Origin: a virus
Length of the DNA: 64,000 bases
Direction: 5' to 3' (one strand)
Virus record (IMG/VR): IMGVR_UViG_3300009008_000009
Location: 32,001 to 96,000 of that record
The notes beneath the pieces were generated by a model that saw only the letters and a program-made list of their open reading frames with translations, ran no database searches and was not told the origin of the DNA. Positions 1 to 7,868 of the stretch are shown here, piece by piece (position 1 is the first letter of the stretch; the number at the start of each line of letters is the position of its first letter). The position numbers and the translations under genes were made by a program.

Positions 1-170
1 TCGATGCCCATTCGATCTGATGTCGCCGTGCGTCAGCACAGACGGTGTGATGGTTGGTTTCTCTGTATCCCCGTTCCACGACCAGCGCCCCGGCGACGTA
101 ATGATTCCGTGGGGCTCGTCGCACCCGGGGCACCAGAAAAAGAGTTGTCCTCCTTGTACTGGCTGAACCT

Positions 171-794
171 TCACCGGATAGTACCAAGAGTCCGATGAGT
201 TGTACCAGTCTTCCCAACCCCCGGAGGAAGTTCAGAAAATCCAATGTCAGTGGAAAGATCAACATGTATAGAATGTTGTTTCCGCATAGACACCGGATCA
301 ATCACCGTCCCCCTCTCTGGTATTGTACTCGTAGCTAGATAGCGTGTCTTATACTCAGGGTTTCGCAACCGCTGGTCACGCCGTGAATGTGGATACATCC
401 GTTTGAATATCCCCCGAATGGTCTCTGGCTTGACATCGCGGTGATACAGCATCATACAGTAGTTAGCAATGTCGACCACGTCGCCCTTGGGAATGTGCTC
501 AACAAACATCCGAACAAGATCTTCTTCTGAGCAGATCTTGGGGTCGTCCCATCCGTGCTTGCCGTTCTCCTCACTCTGCCACTCCATCTCTTCGTTCATG
601 GCAACTGAGAACTCCAGCACCGCCTGCTCGTCCTTACCGTCCATGGGAACTTGAGTATCGATCCAGTCACTGAGTCTAGAAACGGCGAAGAAAGTATCTT
701 CTGGAATGTCCTCGATCTTCTTATCGCGGTCGAAAAGTACCGCTTCCAACAAGGGACGCAACTTGAACAACATGGTCTTCAACATGGTAGTCAT
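171..794 (-). CDS. Hypothetical phage protein, possibly with an all-alpha MazG-like NTP-pyrophosphatase-type motif
   Basis: 207-aa ORF overlapping the upstream stop; motif HIPKGDVVDIANYCMML resembles conserved phage 'KGDxxDVANxxMML' proteins. Confidence 0.5.
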   Translation of the reverse strand: MTTMLKTMLFKLRPLLEAVLFDRDKKIEDIPEDTFFAVSRLSDWIDTQVPMDGKDEQAVLEFSVAMNEEMEWQSEENGKHGWDDPKICSEEDLVRMFVEHIPKGDVVDIANYCMMLYHRDVKPETIRGIFKRMYPHSRRDQRLRNPEYKTRYLATSTIPERGTVIDPVSMRKQHSIHVDLSTDIGFSELPPGVGKTGTTHRTLGTIR

Positions 795-1159
795 GTGCCT
801 TTTCTCCCAACTAGTTGATCAACCCCAGCTGCCTGTCCGACTTCAACCGTGCGCCATTCGCTTGAGTTAGCCATACGAAAGTAAACGGAAGCGCCGGACG
901 GTGCCTCGAGCGCGGCCACTACGGCACTACCCATTGCAAGAGTGTTTCCGGTTCCCGCAGGGACAGTCTCTTCATCAATCACCCGACCATCGAGTACGGT
1001 AACAATATGATGTGCATCAGTTGCGTAATGTGAAAGTTCCTGCTCAGGTGAGAAATCTTTCTGAAGCAAGGTGTCCTCCGAAGGGTTGTCGACGCCGAAA
1101 CCAGCGAGCTGGTCCTTAAGCTGACCTAACTGGCGGAACCAGACATGACCGTACGTCAC
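791..1159 (-). CDS. Hypothetical protein
   Basis: 122-aa ORF, GTG start after AAAGG; stop overlaps the next start. Confidence 0.55.
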   Translation of the reverse strand: MTYGHVWFRQLGQLKDQLAGFGVDNPSEDTLLQKDFSPEQELSHYATDAHHIVTVLDGRVIDEETVPAGTGNTLAMGSAVVAALEAPSGASVYFRMANSSEWRTVEVGQAAGVDQLVGRKGT

Positions 1160-1195
1160 AATACCACGCCTTTCCGCTCCGCTAGAGAAGTGGTG

Positions 1196-1750
1196 TTACT
1201 TACCGACCTTCTCAAACTTAACCACAATGAAGCGACCGAATGGTCCCTTGTTCTGCGGACGGTAGTCTCCAATGCCAATCCGACGTCCGCCGTACACGAG
1301 GGCTTCGTTTACCGTCTCCGGCTTGAAGTCCTCCTCATCGAACTCAATGTCGAACTCCAACGCCCACTCTGGAAGATGAGGACGATGGCGAACAATTCTC
1401 CCCTTGGTTGCCCGAACAACCACCGGACGTGAGTCGATCTGCCAACTCTGATTTTCATGGGGAATGGAGAAGGGAGTAATCACAATGGCACCAGAAGCGT
1501 ACAGGGATGAGAGCGTTGAACGCCCCTGCTTCTGCTTCTTACCTGCCTCGGTCAACATCGCAATAATGTGCTGCGAAGGCTGATAGATTGTACCATCTTC
1601 CATACGGTACAACGCATTTGCAGCCTGTGCCTTGTAGTCCGGGTTCTGCTTCTTCTGTTTCGGACCCGTGTCCATCTGCTCTTCGATGGGGAACCTGTTA
1701 TGTAACATCCCCGGTTCAATACCCTCGAGTCGTACATGGTAAGTCAGCAT
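1196..1750 (-). CDS. Stand-alone Cas7/RAMP-like (RRM-fold) protein; candidate effector for the adjacent pentamer-repeat RNA
   Basis: 184 aa; N-terminal strand YHVRLEGIEPGMLHN, 'GTIYQPSQHI' (RAMP-like xxYIPxxxI), thumb-like DSRPVVV..GRIVRHRP, C-terminal Gly-rich loop GIGDYRPQNKGPFGRF; RBS-like CGGAG upstream. Confidence 0.75.
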   Translation of the reverse strand: MLTYHVRLEGIEPGMLHNRFPIEEQMDTGPKQKKQNPDYKAQAANALYRMEDGTIYQPSQHIIAMLTEAGKKQKQGRSTLSSLYASGAIVITPFSIPHENQSWQIDSRPVVVRATKGRIVRHRPHLPEWALEFDIEFDEEDFKPETVNEALVYGGRRIGIGDYRPQNKGPFGRFIVVKFEKVGK

Positions 1751-1775
1751 CTTTCATCATCTCCGTTTGTTAAAA

Positions 1776-1855
1776 CTTCCGTACCTTACCTAACCTAGCC
1801 TGACCAATACTCTCCTCGCCCAGCGTTACCGAGCCAGACAGGACCATACCAGGCC
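1776..1855 (-). repeat. Pentamer array A: 16 x (GGY-NN)
   Basis: + strand cttcc gtacc ttacc taacc tagcc tgacc aatac tctcc tcgcc cagcg ttacc gagcc agaca ggacc atacc aggcc; 13/16 units end in CC with strict 5-nt period. Confidence 0.9.
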
Positions 1856-1890
1856 GACTTTTATGCTATGAGACTCTTGTTGACTTACAA

Positions 1891-1960
1891 ATCCCGTACC
1901 TTTCCTTACCAGACCGGACCCCTCCTTGCCATACCTTACCGGACCCCGCCCCGCAATGCC
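1891..1960 (-). repeat. Pentamer array B: 14 x (GGY-NN), degenerate extension to ~1975
   Basis: + strand atccc gtacc tttcc ttacc agacc ggacc cctcc ttgcc atacc ttacc ggacc ccgcc ccgca atgcc; 13/14 units end in CC. Confidence 0.9.
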
Positions 1961-2010
1961 AGATCAAATCCGCCCAGTTTGTATAACAACTTTCGCTTAG
2001 CAACGAAAGA

Positions 2011-2382
2011 TCATCCGTATCCATCCTTCCCGTATTCCATCTCTAACATAAGCTCCTGAATCCTGTGCCCAGCCACCCGCAAAGGATCAACCGTGTTCAT
2101 CCGTGCTGACGGATGAGGTGCATGGACAATTTCACACGGACAACATACAGATGATAATGTATCCTGTGCAACCTTTCCGAGAGCAAGAATGACCTTCGGT
2201 CGAGCCACATCTATAACCTTCTTGACGTGATTCCGGTCGACCGGCGTGTTGTCGCCACAGTAGTTTCCGACCCTTGGTGCCACCTCCTCGTACATCCAAG
2301 ACATGCAAACGTCGCCAAACGCACGGCGCAGTGTCTTGCCCACCCGGCCACCATTAAAGTTGATGACCCGGATCATCCGCAT
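2011..2382 (-). CDS. Small uracil-DNA glycosylase-like protein (possibly N-terminally truncated)
   Basis: PKVILALGKVA and HAPHPSAR motifs of the UDG superfamily C-terminal half. Confidence 0.6.
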   Translation of the reverse strand: MRMIRVINFNGGRVGKTLRRAFGDVCMSWMYEEVAPRVGNYCGDNTPVDRNHVKKVIDVARPKVILALGKVAQDTLSSVCCPCEIVHAPHPSARMNTVDPLRVAGHRIQELMLEMEYGKDGYG

Positions 2383-2564
2383 GCGGCCTTCGTAGCACCC
2401 TTGAGCTTTGGTGTGTAGACATCGAAGATGTCCTTCTCCGGGTCCACCAACTTGGATGCGTCGTGGCTGATAGCCCGACGTTTCAGTTCCTCGATAACCG
2501 CAGTAATTCGACGAGCTACCTGATCGATATGTTCAACGGTAGCTTCTGTTGAGTCGTAGCTCAT
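2373..2564 (-). pseudogene. Truncated DUF5662-like HD-domain gene
   Basis: EHIDQV...RAISHDASKL..PEKDIFDVYTPKLKG matches the N-half of this family; ends after 63 aa with no HHxxH half. Confidence 0.55.
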
Positions 2565-3106
2565 ACAGTCTTACCCCCTCGTTTCTTTCGGAAGGCCAGC
2601 AACCCGCTCACTGCAATCGGACGGTCTACAGTTATGTCGTCGGCGCAGAGAAGATCAGCATACTGATCCGAGTCGACCTTTCGGTACCACTCCATCTCAT
2701 CACTTGTGTATGTGTTTATAAATGACTTCGCTGCCCTGACTGCCTTGTCCTTGTCTACACCGCGACCAAGTGCCGATCCGGTGCGAGGATCGAAGGCAAG
2801 ATAAACAGATCCCCATAGACGTTTGGCAGCGGAGCGTGCGTACGGAAAGAGATCGCCGATCTGGCTGTTCAGGGCGTACCGGGTGAGATTCGCAAATGAC
2901 GATGCCCAGTCTTTCCAGTCACCAGTCGGCATTCCCCAAGTGAAGATACCAGTCGTCGGGCTCAGTGACCCCACCGCTGGCTTCTTGATCTTGACCACGT
3001 AGATCTGAACACCCCGGTGACGTCCACCATCGTGAGTGTTGGCCACGGCCTTCTTACTCAACCGCCGTTTCTTGACCCCAGTGCTATCGCGAAGAAACAG
3101 ATGCAT
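2561..3106 (-). CDS. Hypothetical protein (start uncertain; the 326-aa ORF call overlaps the next gene)
   Basis: In-frame ATG at 3106 near the end of the upstream gene; stop overlaps the next ATG. Confidence 0.45.
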   Translation of the reverse strand: MHLFLRDSTGVKKRRLSKKAVANTHDGGRHRGVQIYVVKIKKPAVGSLSPTTGIFTWGMPTGDWKDWASSFANLTRYALNSQIGDLFPYARSAAKRLWGSVYLAFDPRTGSALGRGVDKDKAVRAAKSFINTYTSDEMEWYRKVDSDQYADLLCADDITVDRPIAVSGLLAFRKKRGGKTV

Positions 3107-3584
3107 TGTCTCGGCGCTCCTTGCACTCATTACAAATGTCGCGTTCGTATTGACAGTGCGGACAGTAAATCTGGTCGCAGACTTCACACGAACGTACGTC
3201 CCCGGACAGTATCTCCCGTGGGCTGCCACCGCTTTTAACGCAGTTCGAACAGTACCACTTATCGTCAACTTCAATGGTAGACTCGTCCAACGCATAAAAG
3301 CCACAGGTGTCCTTCGACCCCCGTGGCTCGTCCCAGCGCTGACAGTGGCCGTCAGAAATGAGCTGGGTCGACCTTCCGGGGATGTGTCGATGTAGATCTT
3401 CCACGGTCGCAACCAGCAGCTCGGGTCGAGATCCCAAGTACAGGCCACCGTCGTTGTCCTGCCAGATCTCGTCACCTGCGGCGAGCTCGTACGTACCGCG
3501 AAGTCCCTTAAATCGGATGGCCAGCACCGTGTTCCGACCACCGTCGATGATCTTAGTGGTGATTGTGGCCAGCGCCTTCTTCAT
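3084..3584 (-). CDS. Cys-rich zinc-finger protein
   Basis: Multiple CxxC pairs (CSNC, CEVC, CPHC, CNEC); starts immediately after the Dam-like stop. Confidence 0.65.
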   Translation of the reverse strand: MKKALATITTKIIDGGRNTVLAIRFKGLRGTYELAAGDEIWQDNDGGLYLGSRPELLVATVEDLHRHIPGRSTQLISDGHCQRWDEPRGSKDTCGFYALDESTIEVDDKWYCSNCVKSGGSPREILSGDVRSCEVCDQIYCPHCQYERDICNECKERRDNASVSSR

Positions 3585-4652
3585 CTAATCCTCCTCTGCA
3601 ATCCTCCTTAACTTCAGTCCCTTACTCACTGGAACCTGTACCTTCTTCTGGTGCTCAACCACCTCAACGCCGTCCTGCTGCTCTGCACCGTTCCTGAACG
3701 TGAGCAGGTTGCGTGGTCGGTAGCAATGAGGAGAGAACCAAACGGTCTCCCTCGACGCGTTCTGGACAGCTTGTGAGTTGCGGTCCTTGCTACTGCCACT
3801 GAAGCCACCTACAGCTTTCCACCTTACCTCTTCCCAGCCCGGCAGTTCGACGTAGCCTTCGTAACCGCACAGTGCAATGCGATACGTCGGATCGTCACCG
3901 TGTTCCCGGCACCAGTCGGCTGCAGCGTCCCAGACTTCCGCGCTGTCCTCATCGTACATACCCATTACCCGGTCGCCCTTGTACGGCGGATCAAGGACCA
4001 CCCCGATAGACTTGTAGGTTCCGGTTCCGTCTTCCCTTGCATTACGAACATAACCCTCCCCTGTATAGGAATCTGACAGGACACGTTCCCATGAGCCGTT
4101 ACAGATGAGGACACCGCGCAAGCGACGGTGCAATGTTTGGATGTACTTCTGGAGCTCTTCGCCATGATAGCAGTTCACCCCACATCGACCGCTGACCGGC
4201 TTCTTGACACCGGCGATGACGCTGGAGAATCCTGAACCCAACCATGCGCTGATTCCCCATAACCACTTAGCAGCGATCTCGACGTCATTCCACATCTCGT
4301 CGGACTTCAACTTGGGAATGATCAGACCACGGTTCTCTGTCAGGGCGTTGTTGACCGCCACGAGGTCCGCTTCGACGATTGGACGCTGGAGTAGCTCGAT
4401 GAGCTTGCCCGGACTATACGCAATGGCCCGCCATGCGTTAACGAGATAGCCATCGAGATCGTTGATCACCTCGTTCGGTGGGTCTTCGAAATCGATACCG
4501 GGACGACCTAAAAGAGTCGCGGCGGAACCTACAAAGGGTTCAATGAACCGTTGTGGGTTTCCAAGGCGACTCCAGATGGTTGGTGCAATGCGGCTCTTTC
4601 CACCGAAGTATGGAAAGGGTGCCTTGATAGTCTCGTTGCGTCTTAGAAGCAT
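3585..4652 (-). CDS. DNA adenine methyltransferase, D12/Dam-like
   Basis: PFPYFGGKS, FIEPFVGSAA (motif I), EVINDLD, VLDPPY (motif IV), ETVWFS. Confidence 0.9.
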   Translation of the reverse strand: MLLRRNETIKAPFPYFGGKSRIAPTIWSRLGNPQRFIEPFVGSAATLLGRPGIDFEDPPNEVINDLDGYLVNAWRAIAYSPGKLIELLQRPIVEADLVAVNNALTENRGLIIPKLKSDEMWNDVEIAAKWLWGISAWLGSGFSSVIAGVKKPVSGRCGVNCYHGEELQKYIQTLHRRLRGVLICNGSWERVLSDSYTGEGYVRNAREDGTGTYKSIGVVLDPPYKGDRVMGMYDEDSAEVWDAAADWCREHGDDPTYRIALCGYEGYVELPGWEEVRWKAVGGFSGSSKDRNSQAVQNASRETVWFSPHCYRPRNLLTFRNGAEQQDGVEVVEHQKKVQVPVSKGLKLRRIAEED

Positions 4653-4673
4653 TCTGGTCTCTGTATAGGTCAG

Positions 4674-5099
4674 TTACTTACGTTTCTTTTTCGGGGACAA
4701 CCACTTCTGCTTGGTCCAGCTCCACTTACGGATACGACGGGACTTCCCACCCTTGAACTCATAGACATAAACCGCATCGTCCTCGGTGACATCGTTCAGA
4801 TGGATACTTGGAGTGTATTCCAGCATGTCGAGTAGGTCGGGTAACGGGCCACGGAACATTCCAACCCCACCGCCCTCGCGCTTCACACCAATACCGTACA
4901 TGACCTTGTCATCCTTGGGGTTCAAGATCTCGTCAATATAGCGAGACAGGTTAGGTATGTCATTATGGTGAATGCGCTTCTCTATGTGCCGAAGGGTGGC
5001 GTCGACGGCGTCCTTTTTGAGACACCACTCGTGGTGGGCTTCAAAGTCGTCTGTATGGGGCTCTTGCCCGATGATGAGCAAATACAGGTTATGCGCCAT
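4674..5099 (-). CDS. Hypothetical protein
   Basis: Likely start MAHNL at 5099 overlapping the upstream stop; 5' part of the 253-aa ORF call overlaps 5089..5511. Confidence 0.55.
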   Translation of the reverse strand: MAHNLYLLIIGQEPHTDDFEAHHEWCLKKDAVDATLRHIEKRIHHNDIPNLSRYIDEILNPKDDKVMYGIGVKREGGGVGMFRGPLPDLLDMLEYTPSIHLNDVTEDDAVYVYEFKGGKSRRIRKWSWTKQKWLSPKKKRK

Positions 5100-5511
5100 T
5101 TGTACATTCCTCACGCTCCACATCTCTTGCGACGGCGCGGTACTCCCGAATAATATTCTTCGCGATTGAACGTGGCACCTTGGGTTTGTCCCCCTCTCCA
5201 AAACGAACCCAGCGCTCCCATGTCGCTCGAATAAAGTAAGACGTACGTGCCACATCCTGAACTTGATCTTCAGTGAGTTCTTGACCTTCCCACGCTGTAG
5301 GAATCGTAACACAATGATTGCGTAGAAATGCATGTTCAACCCAGTGAAGAGAAAGGAGTCGGTTTTCCATCTCCGCGAACTCTGCAAACTCCTTCCGGGC
5401 CTTATTGGTCTCTGCTCTGGTGGTAAGAGACCCATGATAATCCATAACTGCTATATACTGGTCTGGCCACAGACTGGTTTCTTCGGCTACCGACTCAGGT
5501 TGTACTTCCAC
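5089..5511 (-). CDS. Hypothetical protein
   Basis: 140-aa ORF with GGAG upstream, operon packing. Confidence 0.6.
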   Translation of the reverse strand: MEVQPESVAEETSLWPDQYIAVMDYHGSLTTRAETNKARKEFAEFAEMENRLLSLHWVEHAFLRNHCVTIPTAWEGQELTEDQVQDVARTSYFIRATWERWVRFGEGDKPKVPRSIAKNIIREYRAVARDVEREECTNGA

Positions 5512-5523
5512 TTTTCAACTCCG

Positions 5524-5907
5524 TCACGTCTTCGGAAACAAAGTATAGTGCTTTCTGAGGTACTCTGCAACTGCGTCCAAGGTTTCCTGCGGGCAATCCT
5601 CCTCCGCCCGAACCAGATACATTGTATCGTCAGACATAAAGGCTGGGTCACCTGAGGTGAAGACCAGTAGCTTGGTACCAATGATATCTGATGTAACAAG
5701 TGGATGATCTTCAATGAGACCTACCTTGGTATCAAGACAATCGTACAGGGCATCGCACATGTCGGGAGCATTATCTTGGATAGTTCTGAAGGGGGTCACT
5801 GTATCCGCCCAGTCAAACTCAGGCTCCCCGTTGTACATGAATAGAAACATCGAAAGGTAGTGGCCCCAGTCAACCAAGTCGGAATTACTGAGTGTCTTCA
5901 ACGCCAT
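5524..5907 (-). CDS. Hypothetical protein
   Basis: 127 aa, GGAGG RBS. Confidence 0.65.
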   Translation of the reverse strand: MALKTLSNSDLVDWGHYLSMFLFMYNGEPEFDWADTVTPFRTIQDNAPDMCDALYDCLDTKVGLIEDHPLVTSDIIGTKLLVFTSGDPAFMSDDTMYLVRAEEDCPQETLDAVAEYLRKHYTLFPKT

Positions 5908-5919
5908 TATCAGCCTCCG

Positions 5920-6129
5920 TCATCTTCTCAGTTTGATGTATGACTCAATGCAAATTGCTATAAACTTCGCAGCCACTCCACCAATAAATATCCGTGAGCA
6001 CACTGCGGCTGCTAACTGATGTTGATCAGGTACAACATACTGAATTATGAAGAAAGATGCAAAGGACAACACCATGAGAACCGAGGCTGCCCACTCAAAG
6101 ATCTCCATCCATTTACTTCGTATGACCAT
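5920..6129 (-). CDS. Small membrane protein (two hydrophobic segments)
   Basis: WAASVLMVLSFASFFIIQYVV and IFIGGVAAKFIAICI. Confidence 0.55.
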   Translation of the reverse strand: MVIRSKWMEIFEWAASVLMVLSFASFFIIQYVVPDQHQLAAAVCSRIFIGGVAAKFIAICIESYIKLRR

Positions 6130-6871
6130 TCATCATCCGGATCAAGTTGCGCTGCACCCCGGCCATGCTCAGTCCACTGGTGTCCTCAACAAACACCTGT
6201 CGACGTGACTTCCGTCTTGGGAAGAAGTGGTCGTACATCTTTCCGCGTTCGACATCCCCGGGGTTCGGTATTTCAATCTGTACGTCAAGTCGACCGGGTC
6301 TCAGTAGTGCTTCAGATACCCCGGCCAGCGCTTCACGGTCGGTGAGCATCCCATCCGGCAAGATCACGCTACCCTTCGGTCGAATCGGCAGGCTGCGACT
6401 GTTGCCCCAACCAAATCCGTGGCTGACCATCACGTTAACCCGATGGTCCTTTCCAAGCTCGGTGTAAACCTCGTCAGCGAACGTGTGAATGGTAGCAAGC
6501 CGAACGCCCTCGGAAACCACAGTGTTCGCAGTCTCTCCGCGAATCTGGCCCAGAGCAGTTTCGAGCTGGTCGATCATTTCAAGAAGGTCGCGCTGGTGAG
6601 TCCAGCGAAGTTCCATGTACCAACCACCCCGGCACGATTCCCAGTTATACCACTTGCCGCCAATGCGGACGTACTTGGGAAACGTGTTCCCGGGGCTAGT
6701 ACGAGTCCGAGAGTTAAATGTAGAACCGATGCACTTCTCGTACACCGCGTTCAACTCATCTGGGTGTTCCCGCACCGCGTTGCGCTGGTAGCAGTGCTTG
6801 CCCTCAAACTCCTGTCGCTGTTCTTGGGTCATACCCGTCTCCTCGCTCACTTTCATCTTCATCAAAGTCAT
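6113..6871 (-). CDS. Chimeric protein with a C-terminal AAA+ (BCS1-like) fragment
   Basis: ALLRPGRLDVQIEI (AAA second region of homology) and lid-like LSMAGVQ, but no Walker A/B. Confidence 0.55.
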   Translation of the reverse strand: MTLMKMKVSEETGMTQEQRQEFEGKHCYQRNAVREHPDELNAVYEKCIGSTFNSRTRTSPGNTFPKYVRIGGKWYNWESCRGGWYMELRWTHQRDLLEMIDQLETALGQIRGETANTVVSEGVRLATIHTFADEVYTELGKDHRVNVMVSHGFGWGNSRSLPIRPKGSVILPDGMLTDREALAGVSEALLRPGRLDVQIEIPNPGDVERGKMYDHFFPRRKSRRQVFVEDTSGLSMAGVQRNLIRMMNGHTK

Positions 6872-7322
6872 CCGGAAGTGGAAGAGTGATGTCCATCTTG
6901 GTTAGTGCCAGTGCGTGGTAGCGCTGGGACACGTCAGTGTGCATGATCAGACGGGCACGAATGCACTCGCGAGCGCTCTGATCTTTACAGTGGTCTTCAT
7001 AGGTGTATCCACCAATCACCGCAATGTTGTGAAGATAGATCAGCCAGTCGGCCATCGTCTTGAGAACCGCTTCCTCAATCCGGATCAGTTCATCGACCCC
7101 GTAGCAAAGCTGGGTCTTCATGACTTCGACCGTGTCTCTGCACCACCCTTTTTGACAGGTGTAACCGATCTTGGAGTCACCGCACCAGCCACATAGCTCT
7201 GCTGCTGTGTTGGTGAGTTTCCAGTCCTGCATCCAGTGGTCGATGCGCGTGGGCATCTGACTTCCATGTACCATTTCCATCTCCAATTCCGTCTCAGTAG
7301 TTCTTCTCGTACACAGTAACAC
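6804..7322 (-). CDS. Hypothetical protein
   Basis: 172-aa ORF with CGWC; start uncertain. Confidence 0.45.
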   Translation of the reverse strand: MLLCTRRTTETELEMEMVHGSQMPTRIDHWMQDWKLTNTAAELCGWCGDSKIGYTCQKGWCRDTVEVMKTQLCYGVDELIRIEEAVLKTMADWLIYLHNIAVIGGYTYEDHCKDQSARECIRARLIMHTDVSQRYHALALTKMDITLPLPDDFDEDESERGDGYDPRTATGV

Positions 7323-7346
7323 ATCAGCACTCGTAAAGCAACAAGT

Positions 7347-7670
7347 CTATATCTTAAGAGGATCAGATAATGGCATCCAAAGGCAGTGCAATGGATAGTT
7401 AACCACAGTAAGTCCATACTGGTCGGTCAGCTTACCCGTACCTCGATCACGCCAGCGGCTTGCCTTGACCTCACCTATTGTAGGATCGCAAACAGCCCAC
7501 AGCCCGGGACGGTCGGGGACGTTGGTTAATCCCCAGTCCCAGTTCTCCTGCTCAGCGATCTCTCGCCAGTACTCCGTCTCGGTCTTCTGAACAGCCCACA
7601 GGAACATCTTAAAACATTGCCCTGCAAACCATAACCGCAATCGAATATACCACGGTAGCTTTCCCATCAC
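7347..7670 (-). CDS. Hypothetical protein
   Basis: 107-aa ORF ending in phage-typical 'WMPL'. Confidence 0.55.
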   Translation of the reverse strand: MMGKLPWYIRLRLWFAGQCFKMFLWAVQKTETEYWREIAEQENWDWGLTNVPDRPGLWAVCDPTIGEVKASRWRDRGTGKLTDQYGLTVVNYPLHCLWMPLSDPLKI

Positions 7671-7682
7671 TCATCCACCAGT

Positions 7683-7742
7683 TTCTTAATCTCCGTCGGT
7701 GTCCACCTCAACAAGAACCCAACGATCAACATTATCATCGTT
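7683..7742. repeat. 60-bp perfect inverted repeat, left arm
   Basis: ttcttaatctccgtcggtgtccacctcaacaagaacccaacgatcaacattatcatcgtt is the exact reverse complement of 7896-7955. Confidence 0.95.
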
Positions 7743-7868
7743 CTTGATCAAGCGAGCTGCGATCACTTCACAGCACGCACCACACTGAAACTCATCATCT
7801 TCTTCGCAGGAACCCGACTCGTACTCTTCCCCACAGACAGGGCACTGTACCAAGTGACTATTCGTCAT
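7686..7868 (-). CDS. 60-aa acidic zinc-ribbon mini-protein (LysW-like architecture)
   Basis: RBS AAAGGAG then ATG at 7868; CPVC...CGAC, acidic C-terminus EVDTDGD. Confidence 0.65.
   Translation of the reverse strand: MTNSHLVQCPVCGEEYESGSCEEDDEFQCGACCEVIAARLIKNDDNVDRWVLVEVDTDGD

Larger units (their letters stand above)
1770..1980 (-). ncRNA. Putative guide-like ncRNA array (two ~115-nt units) upstream of the Cas7-like gene
   Basis: Intergenic, two in-register pentamer arrays with shared 3' tails GGTACGGAAGTTTTAA / GGTACGGGATTTGTAA; RNA function is inferred. Confidence 0.6.

Noticed and set aside
1776-1960. Classical CRISPR array
   Set aside because: No 23-50-bp repeats separated by unique spacers; the periodicity is 5 nt
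1776-1960. Peptide obtained by reading each NN as the first two codon bases (e.g. LIPLS...)
   Set aside because: Almost any dinucleotide string gives an open peptide; not evidence without a database hit
1868-2059. + strand 63-aa Pro-rich ORF over the pentamer array
   Set aside because: Antisense to all neighbouring genes; its composition is a by-product of the NNRCC repeat
3107-3541. 5' extension of the 326-aa ORF
   Set aside because: Overlaps the more credible Zn-finger gene 3084..3584 in another frame
5100-5435. 5' extension of the 253-aa ORF
   Set aside because: Overlaps the 5089..5511 gene; a better start exists at 5099
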